Virus record (IMG/VR): IMGVR_UViG_3300023181_000025
Span: 1-64,000 of that record
Direction: 5' to 3' (one strand)
Length of the DNA stretch: 64,000 nucleotides
This document shows positions 47,940 through 56,850 of the stretch, piece after piece; position 1 is the first letter of the stretch, and every line of letters starts with the position of its first letter. The notes below the pieces were generated by a model. The model did no database searches, was not told the origin of the DNA, and saw nothing but the letters and a program-made list of their open reading frames with translations. The position numbers and the translations under genes are program-made.

Positions 47940-47968
47940 ATTATCGTTCGAAGATCGGCAATAGTCAA
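47940..47968 (-). promoter_or_regulatory. sigma70-type leaderless promoter
   Basis: TTGACT-N17-GATAAT, ATG 6 nt downstream. Confidence 0.7.
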
Positions 47969-48141
47969 GGATTTTTTTCTCCAGTATTGCCTGATTTCAG
48001 GCTTTCTGAATTTTGTTTAATTTCGTAAAGAAATCTGTCCGGTATGGAACCGACTTCAAAAATACTTATTGGGTATCCAAACCAATAGTAATAAGAGTTG
48101 TCCCCTTTAGGGAAGAGTGTCTTCGATGCTAGAAGTTTCAT
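47965..48141 (-). CDS. Hypothetical 58-aa protein (not in ORF track)
   Basis: Hand translation MKLLASKTLFPKGDNSYYYWFGYP...GEKNP*; fills the gap in a tightly packed operon. Confidence 0.45.
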   Translation of the reverse strand: MKLLASKTLFPKGDNSYYYWFGYPISIFEVGSIPDRFLYEIKQNSESLKSGNTGEKNP

Positions 48142-48436
48142 TATTTTTTAATTTAATGGTCATAAAATTTTTAGGTATCTCAAAAACAAGCTGTTTGTTT
48201 GTGTAAAAATCTATATGCTCCCCTATATCTGAGGAAATATCTATTTCCGAAAATTTTTCTAAAAATAAAGCAGTCTCATTAAAATAAATGGATTCTTGAT
48301 GAAAAGTTTCTTTCAAGCCTTCTAGTTTACGAGAAGCTTCGTCAATCGCACTCAAAATCCTCTTTAATCTTTTTCCTCTTTCATAAAAGTTTACAAGAGA
48401 AGATTGTAATATAAAATCAGGGATTTGCAGTGCCAT
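48107..48436 (-). CDS. Hypothetical protein
   Basis: 109-aa ORF overlapping neighbours. Confidence 0.55.
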   Translation of the reverse strand: MALQIPDFILQSSLVNFYERGKRLKRILSAIDEASRKLEGLKETFHQESIYFNETALFLEKFSEIDISSDIGEHIDFYTNKQLVFEIPKNFMTIKLKNNETSSIEDTLP

Positions 48437-49232
48437 CGGTTTTTTCTTTCTTTTTTGTTGATTTGGTTACGATTGTCTCATGAATAAGAAGACAGTCATT
48501 CGTTGGAATATCTTTAAAATCATTCCAAGCTTCGTGTCCATCCCACTCTTTTTTAAGAAGTGCGTCTTTTAGGTCGGCAAAGGTCTTCCCTTTTGCTGCA
48601 AGAACATTTTTTAAACTGTCTTGTGGGCTTTTTGGCGCTTCATCTAATAATGAGCTAGTTATTTCCTTTGGTGAACTATTAATTTCTTCCGCACCTAAGA
48701 TATTAATATTTAGACCAGACTTAACCGCCCGAATAAATGCTCTGTTTTCGGCCATACTCTCAAGGAATAACTTGAAAGGGTAAACCGTATTCTCGTCTGT
48801 AGCATTCGCTAGGCCAGAAAATGATTGTGGCCGAAAATTAACCCCATCAATTTCTACTTCATCAAAATCAATATTGCATTTTACTGCTACATAGCCCTCT
48901 TCCGTATTAAAACGATGATGTTCCACCTTTGATAACCCCCTTAGGTGGGCAATATGTTTGAATCCAGCCAATCTAATAAGAAGATTCTCGTCTCCTGCCA
49001 AACTTTTAAGAGAGTTCTTTTCTTCTTGCGGAAGATCATCATAATTAGAAATTTCGTTTTTTGCCAGCCACGATGAATTTATTTCAATATACTTATCTGG
49101 GACTTTACTTTTCCAATCGAATAAGGCTGCATTGGAATATACTTTCTTTTCAGGGACGGATTCTTGTTCAACGATTTTTTTTGTCCTTGTCTTCTTTGCG
49201 GCAATTTCTTTTGTGTTTTCTTGGTCTGACAT
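48417..49232 (-). CDS. Putative single-strand annealing protein (Rad52/Redbeta-like)
   Basis: G..A.A...N....MAENRAFIRAV...NI..LGAEEI resembles the SSAP core. Confidence 0.45.
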   Translation of the reverse strand: MSDQENTKEIAAKKTRTKKIVEQESVPEKKVYSNAALFDWKSKVPDKYIEINSSWLAKNEISNYDDLPQEEKNSLKSLAGDENLLIRLAGFKHIAHLRGLSKVEHHRFNTEEGYVAVKCNIDFDEVEIDGVNFRPQSFSGLANATDENTVYPFKLFLESMAENRAFIRAVKSGLNINILGAEEINSSPKEITSSLLDEAPKSPQDSLKNVLAAKGKTFADLKDALLKKEWDGHEAWNDFKDIPTNDCLLIHETIVTKSTKKKEKTDGTANP

Positions 49233-49235
49233 AAT

Positions 49236-50282
49236 TTATTTTTTAATGTAATATAGAAAAACTTCAGCCTCTTCCAGAAAATCTTTATCTTCCGCTCCGG
49301 CTAAAATGTTGTTTCCTCGTGGGTCGCTAGATTTTATGTTATTCTTTAAGTGGAATAAACTATTAAACGTTCCATTTTTAGAAACTATTTTTCTTTTTGA
49401 TTCTATGTAAGTATCATGCCTTAAACCAAGTAATTTGTCAACATTATTTTTCCCCCAATTTTCGCTTACTTGAATTGGTTTAAAATCAAAGAATTGGAAT
49501 TTTAGCTCTTCTACATTTTGGTCATCGTAACATACCAATATATAAGGGATTCCTAATTTTTCTATCTCTCTCACTGACTCAGGCTCTATTCCCTTACCTA
49601 GAAATATGTCTATCCTTTCGCAGCCTTTTAGAAATGGCAAAATGGACGTAGGGATTTTACTTGATATACTTATAATGGGTTTGGTCCCTGCACTTACCGC
49701 ATCCATAGCAAATTTCCAATTTTTAAATAAGTCACATCTAATCCCAATTGGGGATTTAGGCAACCGGCTAATTGTATGGAAATTAAAATCTGGAATTATT
49801 TCTATAACCTCTACCCCAAAATCTGGCCCGACTAAAACAGTTTCGATATTAACATTTATATCAATTTTACATTTATCAAAAATGTATTGGGCTACGACTT
49901 CAGGGTTTTCATCATTTATCTTTAAATGGTTTAGGTTTTTTGACAATTCTAGTATCCACTCATTATCAGAAATTAAACATATCGCATTTTTCGCAAGATA
50001 TGCGTAGTGTCTTATATTTTTTGTATTAACTGGAAATGAACCATTCAAAGGGTTTCCACCATTAAGGTTAATATTGCATATGTAAATATCTTTTTGGGCA
50101 AGAATTGGTGCCGTTATGTCAATAACTTGTTTCCAATATGGAAACCCTCCGTCATTTGAGACTATTATGTATTTTTCAAACGGGAGAGGAAAATAATTAT
50201 AATTTATTTTTTCTACCTCTTCTTGTGGGTTTCCATACAAAGAAAATTTAATATTTTCTATTTCAGTTATTGATCTCATCAA
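49236..50282 (-). CDS. Hypothetical protein with degenerate GT9-like (GT-B) N-terminal half
   Basis: PYWKQVI...NIRHYAYLAKNAICLISDN resembles the GT9 C-terminal Rossmann domain. Confidence 0.4.
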   Translation of the reverse strand: MMRSITEIENIKFSLYGNPQEEVEKINYNYFPLPFEKYIIVSNDGGFPYWKQVIDITAPILAQKDIYICNINLNGGNPLNGSFPVNTKNIRHYAYLAKNAICLISDNEWILELSKNLNHLKINDENPEVVAQYIFDKCKIDINVNIETVLVGPDFGVEVIEIIPDFNFHTISRLPKSPIGIRCDLFKNWKFAMDAVSAGTKPIISISSKIPTSILPFLKGCERIDIFLGKGIEPESVREIEKLGIPYILVCYDDQNVEELKFQFFDFKPIQVSENWGKNNVDKLLGLRHDTYIESKRKIVSKNGTFNSLFHLKNNIKSSDPRGNNILAGAEDKDFLEEAEVFLYYIKK

Positions 50283-52131
50283 ATATTTTGTTGTTTTTAA
50301 AGATTACCTTTTTAAACCTAAATTCCTCATTTTTATTTTTTACTTCAGAAAGCCAAATGGGGTCTATTGATTTACTTGATTTCGGAATAATTTTATAACT
50401 ACCGCACTCTAAATAAATTTGTTCATCTACTTCATCCGCTACAATATAAACTTTTTCATTTTCGCAAAGGTCTTTTACAAATTTAAGACAGGCTAGTCGT
50501 TGCTCAATTTTTGGAGGGGATATAAAAGCTACAAATCCTTTATCCGTATCGTTTTCGAAATAGGTGGTGATTTCTGTTTTTTTTCTATTCGTGTTATTTT
50601 TTCGGGCGAATTCAGTAGTTGTTTTATAAACATTCTCTTTTGTATCACCGAATTCTATTTTTTTAAGAAGTTTTTTAATAACTTGACTATCTTTTGTCTC
50701 GTCTTGATTCAGAACACCTTTTATTAGGTCTATACACCAGTCCGTAGTATCTTCTATATCTTGGAATGGGTAGCTTGGATTAAATTCAAATCTATTAATT
50801 GAATAATTATTATCCGGTTCTGGACAACTATCTATCCAATCTTCAATTAATCCGCAAATGCGCTTTACATTAAATCGTTCACTTGCCCAAGATGAACCAT
50901 CCTTTGATCTAGAGTCTATATTATTTGATTCACAGAAGTTTTTAATTAGCTCGGCAATATGATTTGGTGAGGGTTGGGCTTTTTTGAATTGACTTTGGCA
51001 CTCCCTGTATTCTGTATGGGTTATTGTATCAACAAATGGTTGTTCGCAGAACTCTTCTCCACAGGAATAATTAACGGTGGCTACTGGCGTTCCTGCCATT
51101 AGGCTTTCTACGATTGGCATTTCTAGGCCGCCTGATGTTACCGGATGAACATAGTAATCAATAACATTGTAGATTTCGTTCATTTGGGGGTCCGAAACGC
51201 CCTTGTAGCTCTTTACAGTATATTGGGATTTTTCGCTGCCGCAATGTTGACAGTTTTCTTTATCTGTAATAAACGGTTTTAATGAATAGCCTCCACAATT
51301 ATTACATACATAAGTGGCTAGAACATCTTCGTTGTTTATATTATATTCTTCCAGAAATGAGGGGATATCCCACTTGCCTTCTTCGACCCAATTAGTGTGA
51401 AGCAAGAGTTTTGCTTTAATATTTGGATTTGAGTTTTTAAAAATTGAAAAGGCCTCAATTAGTGTTCCTACTAATTTACGAAGCTGATTTCTAAAAACAA
51501 AACCTACAATAACAGTGTTTGAGTCAAGATTATTTTTTTTCTTAATTGCTAATTTATCCAGCGGTTTAAAATTTTCTGTATCAATTGCTCCCGGAATTGT
51601 TTTGACATGAGTGTGACCGAGTCTCTTAAATTCATTTTCCGCGAATTTACTCCAAACCCATAAATTTTTAATTTTGTGGGCGTTTTCTCTGGCCTCTTTA
51701 TATAAAGGTAAAGAGTCTGCGGTAGCCCATATAGCACAATTGACTTTGTTCCACCAAGGCTTGTCGGTATATCCATCAAATGCCCAGAAATCATTGACAC
51801 CGATATAAATATCTGGCCGTTCTTTTTCTATTATATCGTCTATATAAAGTCCACCGTATTTACTTATACTATTTAAATACTCAGATTCTTCAAGGGCATT
51901 TTTTGCCCCTCGTTCTTCCGGCATGGCCCCATAGGCCCGCCACGGAACCGCTGAAAGCCTTTTATCTTTATAGGTGAATGGGGCGCAAGCAAATTCAATT
52001 ATCTCATATTTCCCCGTAGCATATAAATACGACAAAACAGCTTTGGCGTTTTTACCAAAGCCGGATGGAGTTTTACAAAAATCACTAGCCCAAAGAATTT
52101 TTTTCTTTTTGCTGTTACTTGTTTCCATCAT
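50263..52131 (-). CDS. GT4-family (GT-B) glycosyltransferase with Zn-ribbon insert
   Basis: SGFG, RPDI, RNQLRK, MNEIYN..D, GGLEMPIVESLMAGTPV; CNNC...CQHC insert. Confidence 0.85.
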   Translation of the reverse strand: MMETSNSKKKKILWASDFCKTPSGFGKNAKAVLSYLYATGKYEIIEFACAPFTYKDKRLSAVPWRAYGAMPEERGAKNALEESEYLNSISKYGGLYIDDIIEKERPDIYIGVNDFWAFDGYTDKPWWNKVNCAIWATADSLPLYKEARENAHKIKNLWVWSKFAENEFKRLGHTHVKTIPGAIDTENFKPLDKLAIKKKNNLDSNTVIVGFVFRNQLRKLVGTLIEAFSIFKNSNPNIKAKLLLHTNWVEEGKWDIPSFLEEYNINNEDVLATYVCNNCGGYSLKPFITDKENCQHCGSEKSQYTVKSYKGVSDPQMNEIYNVIDYYVHPVTSGGLEMPIVESLMAGTPVATVNYSCGEEFCEQPFVDTITHTEYRECQSQFKKAQPSPNHIAELIKNFCESNNIDSRSKDGSSWASERFNVKRICGLIEDWIDSCPEPDNNYSINRFEFNPSYPFQDIEDTTDWCIDLIKGVLNQDETKDSQVIKKLLKKIEFGDTKENVYKTTTEFARKNNTNRKKTEITTYFENDTDKGFVAFISPPKIEQRLACLKFVKDLCENEKVYIVADEVDEQIYLECGSYKIIPKSSKSIDPIWLSEVKNKNEEFRFKKVIFKNNKIFDEINN

Positions 52132-52619
52132 TAAGAATTATCTTGTTTGTCTTTAAAAAGCTTCTTTTCTTCGGTATAGTCGGCAACAAAAATCCTATTA
52201 AGGCCAAATCTAAACCACTCACATAACAATAGAGCTTCCGCGAAAGTAAATGGAACCGAAGCCTTCTTTTCCCCTTTGGAAACCGATAAAGCTATCCCTT
52301 TTGGGGTCAGAGCCTCACCTTCCTTAAAAGGATAAACTCCAAACGTAATTTGAGAGCTAGTATCACCTGTAGTATGGAAAAACTTGGCTTGTCCCTTTTT
52401 CTTTTGGCAAATTTCCATCATACCGGCTATCTCCGTTGGAGAAAATTTTAAGTTTATCTTATTTTCAGGGTTTTTATCAAAGGAGCCTGTTTTGTTTTTA
52501 TCGTCCCATCCGGTTTGTTTAACTAGCTGAATGTAAAATCCTTGCGCTTTACCTGTTGATGTAACTGAAAAACTACATGCTGCACCGCCAACCTTTGGAT
52601 TTGGTTTATAAAATTTCAT
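52131..52619 (-). CDS. Whirly/PC4-like ssDNA-binding protein
   Basis: FYK..., FSPTEIAGM, FFH, VPFTFAEA match plant Whirly blocks (IYKGK, LSVTEIG, EFFH, IPVTKAEF). Confidence 0.55.
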   Translation of the reverse strand: MKFYKPNPKVGGAACSFSVTSTGKAQGFYIQLVKQTGWDDKNKTGSFDKNPENKINLKFSPTEIAGMMEICQKKKGQAKFFHTTGDTSSQITFGVYPFKEGEALTPKGIALSVSKGEKKASVPFTFAEALLLCEWFRFGLNRIFVADYTEEKKLFKDKQDNS

Positions 52620-52627
52620 AAGCCAGA

Positions 52628-52656
52628 ATATTAGCTTAAATCAGAATATATGTCAA
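52628..52656 (-). promoter_or_regulatory. sigma70-type promoter
   Basis: TTGACA-N17-TAATAT, ATG 8 nt downstream. Confidence 0.7.
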
Positions 52657-52690
52657 CAATAATTATTAACTTTCAATGAGAAAGTATAAT

Positions 52691-55273
52691 TTATTCTTTT
52701 ATTCCTTTTAAATCAGCTAAGGAAATGCAAATTTTGTAATTCTGAATTTTCATACTATTCACCCAAGTGATATCCCCGTTTGCACTACCTACAATAAATA
52801 AAACATCTCCCTCTTTTGGGTCTAAATGACCATCTTGAGCATAATTTTCATATTTATCGCCAAGCATCATGGCATCAAAAGAGCCAGTTTCATCAAATAA
52901 ATTCATTTTAATATATTTATTTCCGGCCTTGGATGTCCCCTTTTTAACCTCTCCAACCTGATACACGCCTTCAACTTTCCATCCCGGTTCGAAACTTTTT
53001 ACTTCTAGCGCATTTTTAAGGGTAGATTTTGAACCAATGAAAACTTTTTTAAGTGTTGTCGTGAAGCTATATCCCAATAGGGTTTTTTCGTAATACCAGC
53101 TTGCAAATAATGGATGCTTGATGTTTTGATGATAAATTTCCTTATATTTGACTGAGCCTTTGCGAATTGTTTCCAATCTAGTTTTACCGGCGACTCTTTT
53201 GCCGGTAGAGTCAACCCAAGAGTCTATGTTCTTTACCATCATAAGAAGATCGAAATCATAGGATTGGCCATTTTCCAAGCAAAAAGCTTGCTCTTTTGGC
53301 TTAAGAAGGTTCCAAATCTGACCTTCAAAGACCGTTCTTTCTCTATTTGGGGAAACAGAGTTCAACATGCCAGCTTGAATAAGCGCACAAACGACCCCTA
53401 TATTCAGTTTACTCTGTTTTGCCGCATTAAATACTTCAAATTTATTAGTTTTATTTATTGAAAGGAAATTAGTTAGCGACTCTAAGGATTTTTGGCTCAC
53501 CCCTTTAATACTACTAAAACCATAACGAATATCTGAACCCTCTAGCGAGAAATCTGGTTTGCTTTTTATTAAGTCGGGGGGCAATAGCTTAATTCCAAAG
53601 AAATTAAGTTCTTGTTGAATAAGGCTGATATGGTCTTGCGTGTCAGACTTATTTTGCGCCATTCTTAAGCATTCACAATAAAATACTTGAGGATATTTAT
53701 ACTTATAATATAAAGTTAGGGCCGATAGATAACTATATGCGGCGCTGTGAGATTTATTGAACGAATAGTTGGCGGATTCTTCAAGAAGGTTCCAATAAAA
53801 ATCTGCAATTTCTGTCGGAAGGCTTTTGGATTTTTGGGCTTCGTAAATCCTCTCTTTCCACTTTGCTACTTCTTCTGCCTTTTTTTTACCAATCGCACGC
53901 CTCAGACCTTCAGAGTCCTCAAGACTAAAGCCAAAGACCTTGTGGCCTATGCTGAGGGCTTGTTCTTGATAGATGGGGATATTATGGGTTGGCGCAAGAA
54001 TTTCTTGCATTTCTTTTGTCCCCCAATATTCTTTATATTCATTCTTTACATAGTCTCCTACATAGGCCATTGCACCCGGACGAGCAAGGGCAATAACGTC
54101 ACTTAGTTCGCTCCAATTTTTTGGCTTTACCTCTTGAAATACTCTATAGTTTGCGCTTGCTCCAATTTGGAATAGTCCATACGGCAAGTCACCAGTTTGA
54201 GAGACTTGATAGATCCAAGGATCATCAGGGCTAAAATGTTTTATATCAAATTTTACTCTTTCGTCGTCTAGTGATTTTTCATCAATGACTTTTAGTGATT
54301 TTTCGATTCTGTCAATAAGAGTTACACCATGTAGCCCAAGCAAATCTAATTTAATAGATTCTTGTTGGGCATAGTTCATATCAAATGAGCTAATTACCTC
54401 ACCTTCGCCGTCAAGTTCGCAAGGAAGAAAGTCGTCTAATGGATCATAGCTAACCAAAAAAGCTGAAGCATGAGAACCCTTTTGCCTCATTAATCCTTCA
54501 ACTTTTGAAGCAATCCTAACAACTTCAGAATGTTCCTTGGCAAACGCTGCAAAATCTTCGCTTTCTTCTTGAGATTTTTTTAAAGATAATGGTTGACCGA
54601 ACTTTGTAGGAATGCTTCTTGTCCCTTGCATAAGGGTCTCTTCTGGTAAATTTGCTACAATTTTTCCACAATCTTTTAAAGCTATTCTGGACGCCAATGT
54701 AGAAATTGTCGGCAGCTTACAGAATTTTCCCCTATATTTATTTTTTAGGTGTTCAATTACTTCAAATCTTCTGTCAGTGCATATATCAAGGTCCACATCC
54801 GGGGCAAGATTTCCGTCCAAGTAAACAACGCCATCAACTGTTTTTGATTTAGCTCTTGCCCTTGAAATGAAACGCTCAAAAATTAGACTGTTTTCTACTG
54901 GGTCGATCCCAGTTACCCCAATCAAATACATAACTAGACTGCCCGCCGCCGATCCTCTTCCGGCCCCAGTAGGGATATCCTTTTCGTGACAAAAATTAAT
55001 AACATCCCAAATTAGGAGGAAATAATCTGTGAATTTAAGCTCATCAATTACCTCTAGTTCTTGCTTTGCGCGATTTACGTAATCGACATTATTTCTTACG
55101 CCCCTTTCCTTCATTCCTTTTACACAGAGTGCTTTCAGGAACTGAATATTAGAAACTTCCGGGGAAATGTTATTATCCCGGTAGTAATGTTCATCAATTT
55201 TAATTTCTGGCAGTCTAACGCCATGAATTTTAATCTCCAAATCGGAGAACTTATTTAGAAAGGACTGTTCCAT
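52691..55273 (-). CDS. dnaE: DNA polymerase III alpha, catalytic part (no PHP domain)
   Basis: DYFL, GAGRGSAAGSLV, FERF, PDVDLD, KLDLLGL, YQEQ, YSFNKSH, C-terminal OB fold. Confidence 0.95.
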   Translation of the reverse strand: MEQSFLNKFSDLEIKIHGVRLPEIKIDEHYYRDNNISPEVSNIQFLKALCVKGMKERGVRNNVDYVNRAKQELEVIDELKFTDYFLLIWDVINFCHEKDIPTGAGRGSAAGSLVMYLIGVTGIDPVENSLIFERFISRARAKSKTVDGVVYLDGNLAPDVDLDICTDRRFEVIEHLKNKYRGKFCKLPTISTLASRIALKDCGKIVANLPEETLMQGTRSIPTKFGQPLSLKKSQEESEDFAAFAKEHSEVVRIASKVEGLMRQKGSHASAFLVSYDPLDDFLPCELDGEGEVISSFDMNYAQQESIKLDLLGLHGVTLIDRIEKSLKVIDEKSLDDERVKFDIKHFSPDDPWIYQVSQTGDLPYGLFQIGASANYRVFQEVKPKNWSELSDVIALARPGAMAYVGDYVKNEYKEYWGTKEMQEILAPTHNIPIYQEQALSIGHKVFGFSLEDSEGLRRAIGKKKAEEVAKWKERIYEAQKSKSLPTEIADFYWNLLEESANYSFNKSHSAAYSYLSALTLYYKYKYPQVFYCECLRMAQNKSDTQDHISLIQQELNFFGIKLLPPDLIKSKPDFSLEGSDIRYGFSSIKGVSQKSLESLTNFLSINKTNKFEVFNAAKQSKLNIGVVCALIQAGMLNSVSPNRERTVFEGQIWNLLKPKEQAFCLENGQSYDFDLLMMVKNIDSWVDSTGKRVAGKTRLETIRKGSVKYKEIYHQNIKHPLFASWYYEKTLLGYSFTTTLKKVFIGSKSTLKNALEVKSFEPGWKVEGVYQVGEVKKGTSKAGNKYIKMNLFDETGSFDAMMLGDKYENYAQDGHLDPKEGDVLFIVGSANGDITWVNSMKIQNYKICISLADLKGIKE

Positions 55274-55865
55274 AGGCTAAGTGTTTAAATACGTCTGCGT
55301 TAATTGTAACATCATAAAGAGCGTCATGCAACTTCTTTTCGTCAACTGGGATATTGAAGCTTTTCGCCACGTCAATTAATTTTCCCTTAAAGGCCTTGTC
55401 ATACCTACCAAGCATTTTATACATGAATGAAAGACGCTCTCGCTCATCGGCGGGTAATTGAACCTCAAAGAATCTTCCTCTCGCCATACAAAGCGTATCA
55501 ATACACCTATAGATAAAATCTCGAAAATCTAACTTGCGGCCAACATAATTATACAGATTCATAAGGATATAAATGTCATACCCCAATATATTGTGACCAA
55601 CAAGTAAATCATCAGTTTCAATAAAATCTTTTTGGATGATATCTACTACATGATCGGCTGGAAGTTTTTTCTTATTATAAATCTCCCAAGAGAATCCAGT
55701 AACCTTGGCTGCGTCTGGGTTTACCTTTAGATTGTGAATATCTATATAAAGATTTTGTCTATCTACAATTTTATTGTTTTTAAGTTTTACATAGGCTAGT
55801 TGCCATGGTCGAGTTAGACTTAAGTTAAGGGATTCCGTTTCCATGTCCCAGATAGTTGCGTTCAT
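55251..55865 (-). CDS. DEDDh 3'-5' exonuclease (DnaQ-like)
   Basis: WDMETE, VGHNILGYD, IDTL, LHDALYDV. Confidence 0.9.
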   Translation of the reverse strand: MNATIWDMETESLNLSLTRPWQLAYVKLKNNKIVDRQNLYIDIHNLKVNPDAAKVTGFSWEIYNKKKLPADHVVDIIQKDFIETDDLLVGHNILGYDIYILMNLYNYVGRKLDFRDFIYRCIDTLCMARGRFFEVQLPADERERLSFMYKMLGRYDKAFKGKLIDVAKSFNIPVDEKKLHDALYDVTINADVFKHLAYGTVLSK

Positions 55866-56596
55866 ACTTTATTTATATTTTCCTTCCAACTTTCAAAACA
55901 AAATTCTTTACTGTGGCAATGTTCAAAATTCGGTGAGTCTAAACTTCTTTTGCGTCCCTTGTAATTCAGGTTTAATGAGCATTTGTAGGTTTGCCAAACC
56001 TTAAAGTCTTCGCGGTTCTTATAATAAATGGATTTGGTCTTTACTTTATTGTTTCCAATTTTTGAGGAAACTAAATCGTCAAACGGAAGTGCATTATCCT
56101 CCCAAAAGAAGGTATGTTCAATGTCATTAAATTCCGGGAGACAATTTGTTCCATTAATGACGTTCCTAAAGATATAAGAATCATAAAAGGGAACGACAAG
56201 TTCAAGATTTCTTGTCCACAAATTCTTCAAGACATTAGTGTCCACATAAGATTCGTTATGTATATTACTAAAGTTATGAAGTTTAATAAGATCCTTGTAT
56301 CCCTCTGTGTTTTTGCAGAAAATTAGAATCTTGCTCCAGTTTGGCTTGTTTTCTTCGCTAACTTCGTTAAGAAATATTCGAGTAAGACCAAATCTAGGAT
56401 TTAACTTTGCTTCTGTGAAATTTTCATACATTTCTAGAAACCCAGTCATCTTGGACTCAATGACGAAAGGATTTTTTATATCGTTATCTAAGCAGATATC
56501 AATGATGCTATCTTTGTTGTATTTCGCTGCATCTTCTGACGTATCGAACGTAAGCACACTTTTGCCGCTATAGTGACTAGTGAAAAGTGGAATCAT
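55862..56596 (-). CDS. Stand-alone PHP domain of Pol III alpha (degenerate)
   Basis: TSHYS...MTGFLE...PRFGL...CKNTEGYKDLIKL equals the DnaE N-terminal PHP pattern. Confidence 0.8.
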   Translation of the reverse strand: MIPLFTSHYSGKSVLTFDTSEDAAKYNKDSIIDICLDNDIKNPFVIESKMTGFLEMYENFTEAKLNPRFGLTRIFLNEVSEENKPNWSKILIFCKNTEGYKDLIKLHNFSNIHNESYVDTNVLKNLWTRNLELVVPFYDSYIFRNVINGTNCLPEFNDIEHTFFWEDNALPFDDLVSSKIGNNKVKTKSIYYKNREDFKVWQTYKCSLNLNYKGRKRSLDSPNFEHCHSKEFCFESWKENINKV

Positions 56597-56598
56597 AA

Positions 56599-56850
56599 TT
56601 AAAATAAGGGTTTCTCGGTTGTCAATAGTTGAGGTTGAAGAAGGGATCTAAAAGTGTCAATTTGGTGCCAAATACATTTGGTTTTAATGACTTCCTCTAA
56701 CTCTTCGTCACTAAGCTTCCAACAACAAGTAACTCTGCCATGTTCGCTAACATGAGCGGGCAGGGGATTATATTCTGGCTGATTCTTGGCAAAGATTACT
56801 GTTTGCTCTTTAAATTCTATAGTTTCCATATTTATTTTAAATTCATCCAC
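56599..56850 (-). CDS. Hypothetical small phage protein
   Basis: FAKNQPEYNPLPAH...CCWKLS. Confidence 0.6.
   Translation of the reverse strand: MDEFKINMETIEFKEQTVIFAKNQPEYNPLPAHVSEHGRVTCCWKLSDEELEEVIKTKCIWHQIDTFRSLLQPQLLTTEKPLF

Noticed and set aside
52691-56596. Split-intein trans-splicing of DnaE as in cyanobacteria
   Set aside because: No intein N- or C-terminal motifs at the ends of the PHP or polymerase ORFs.
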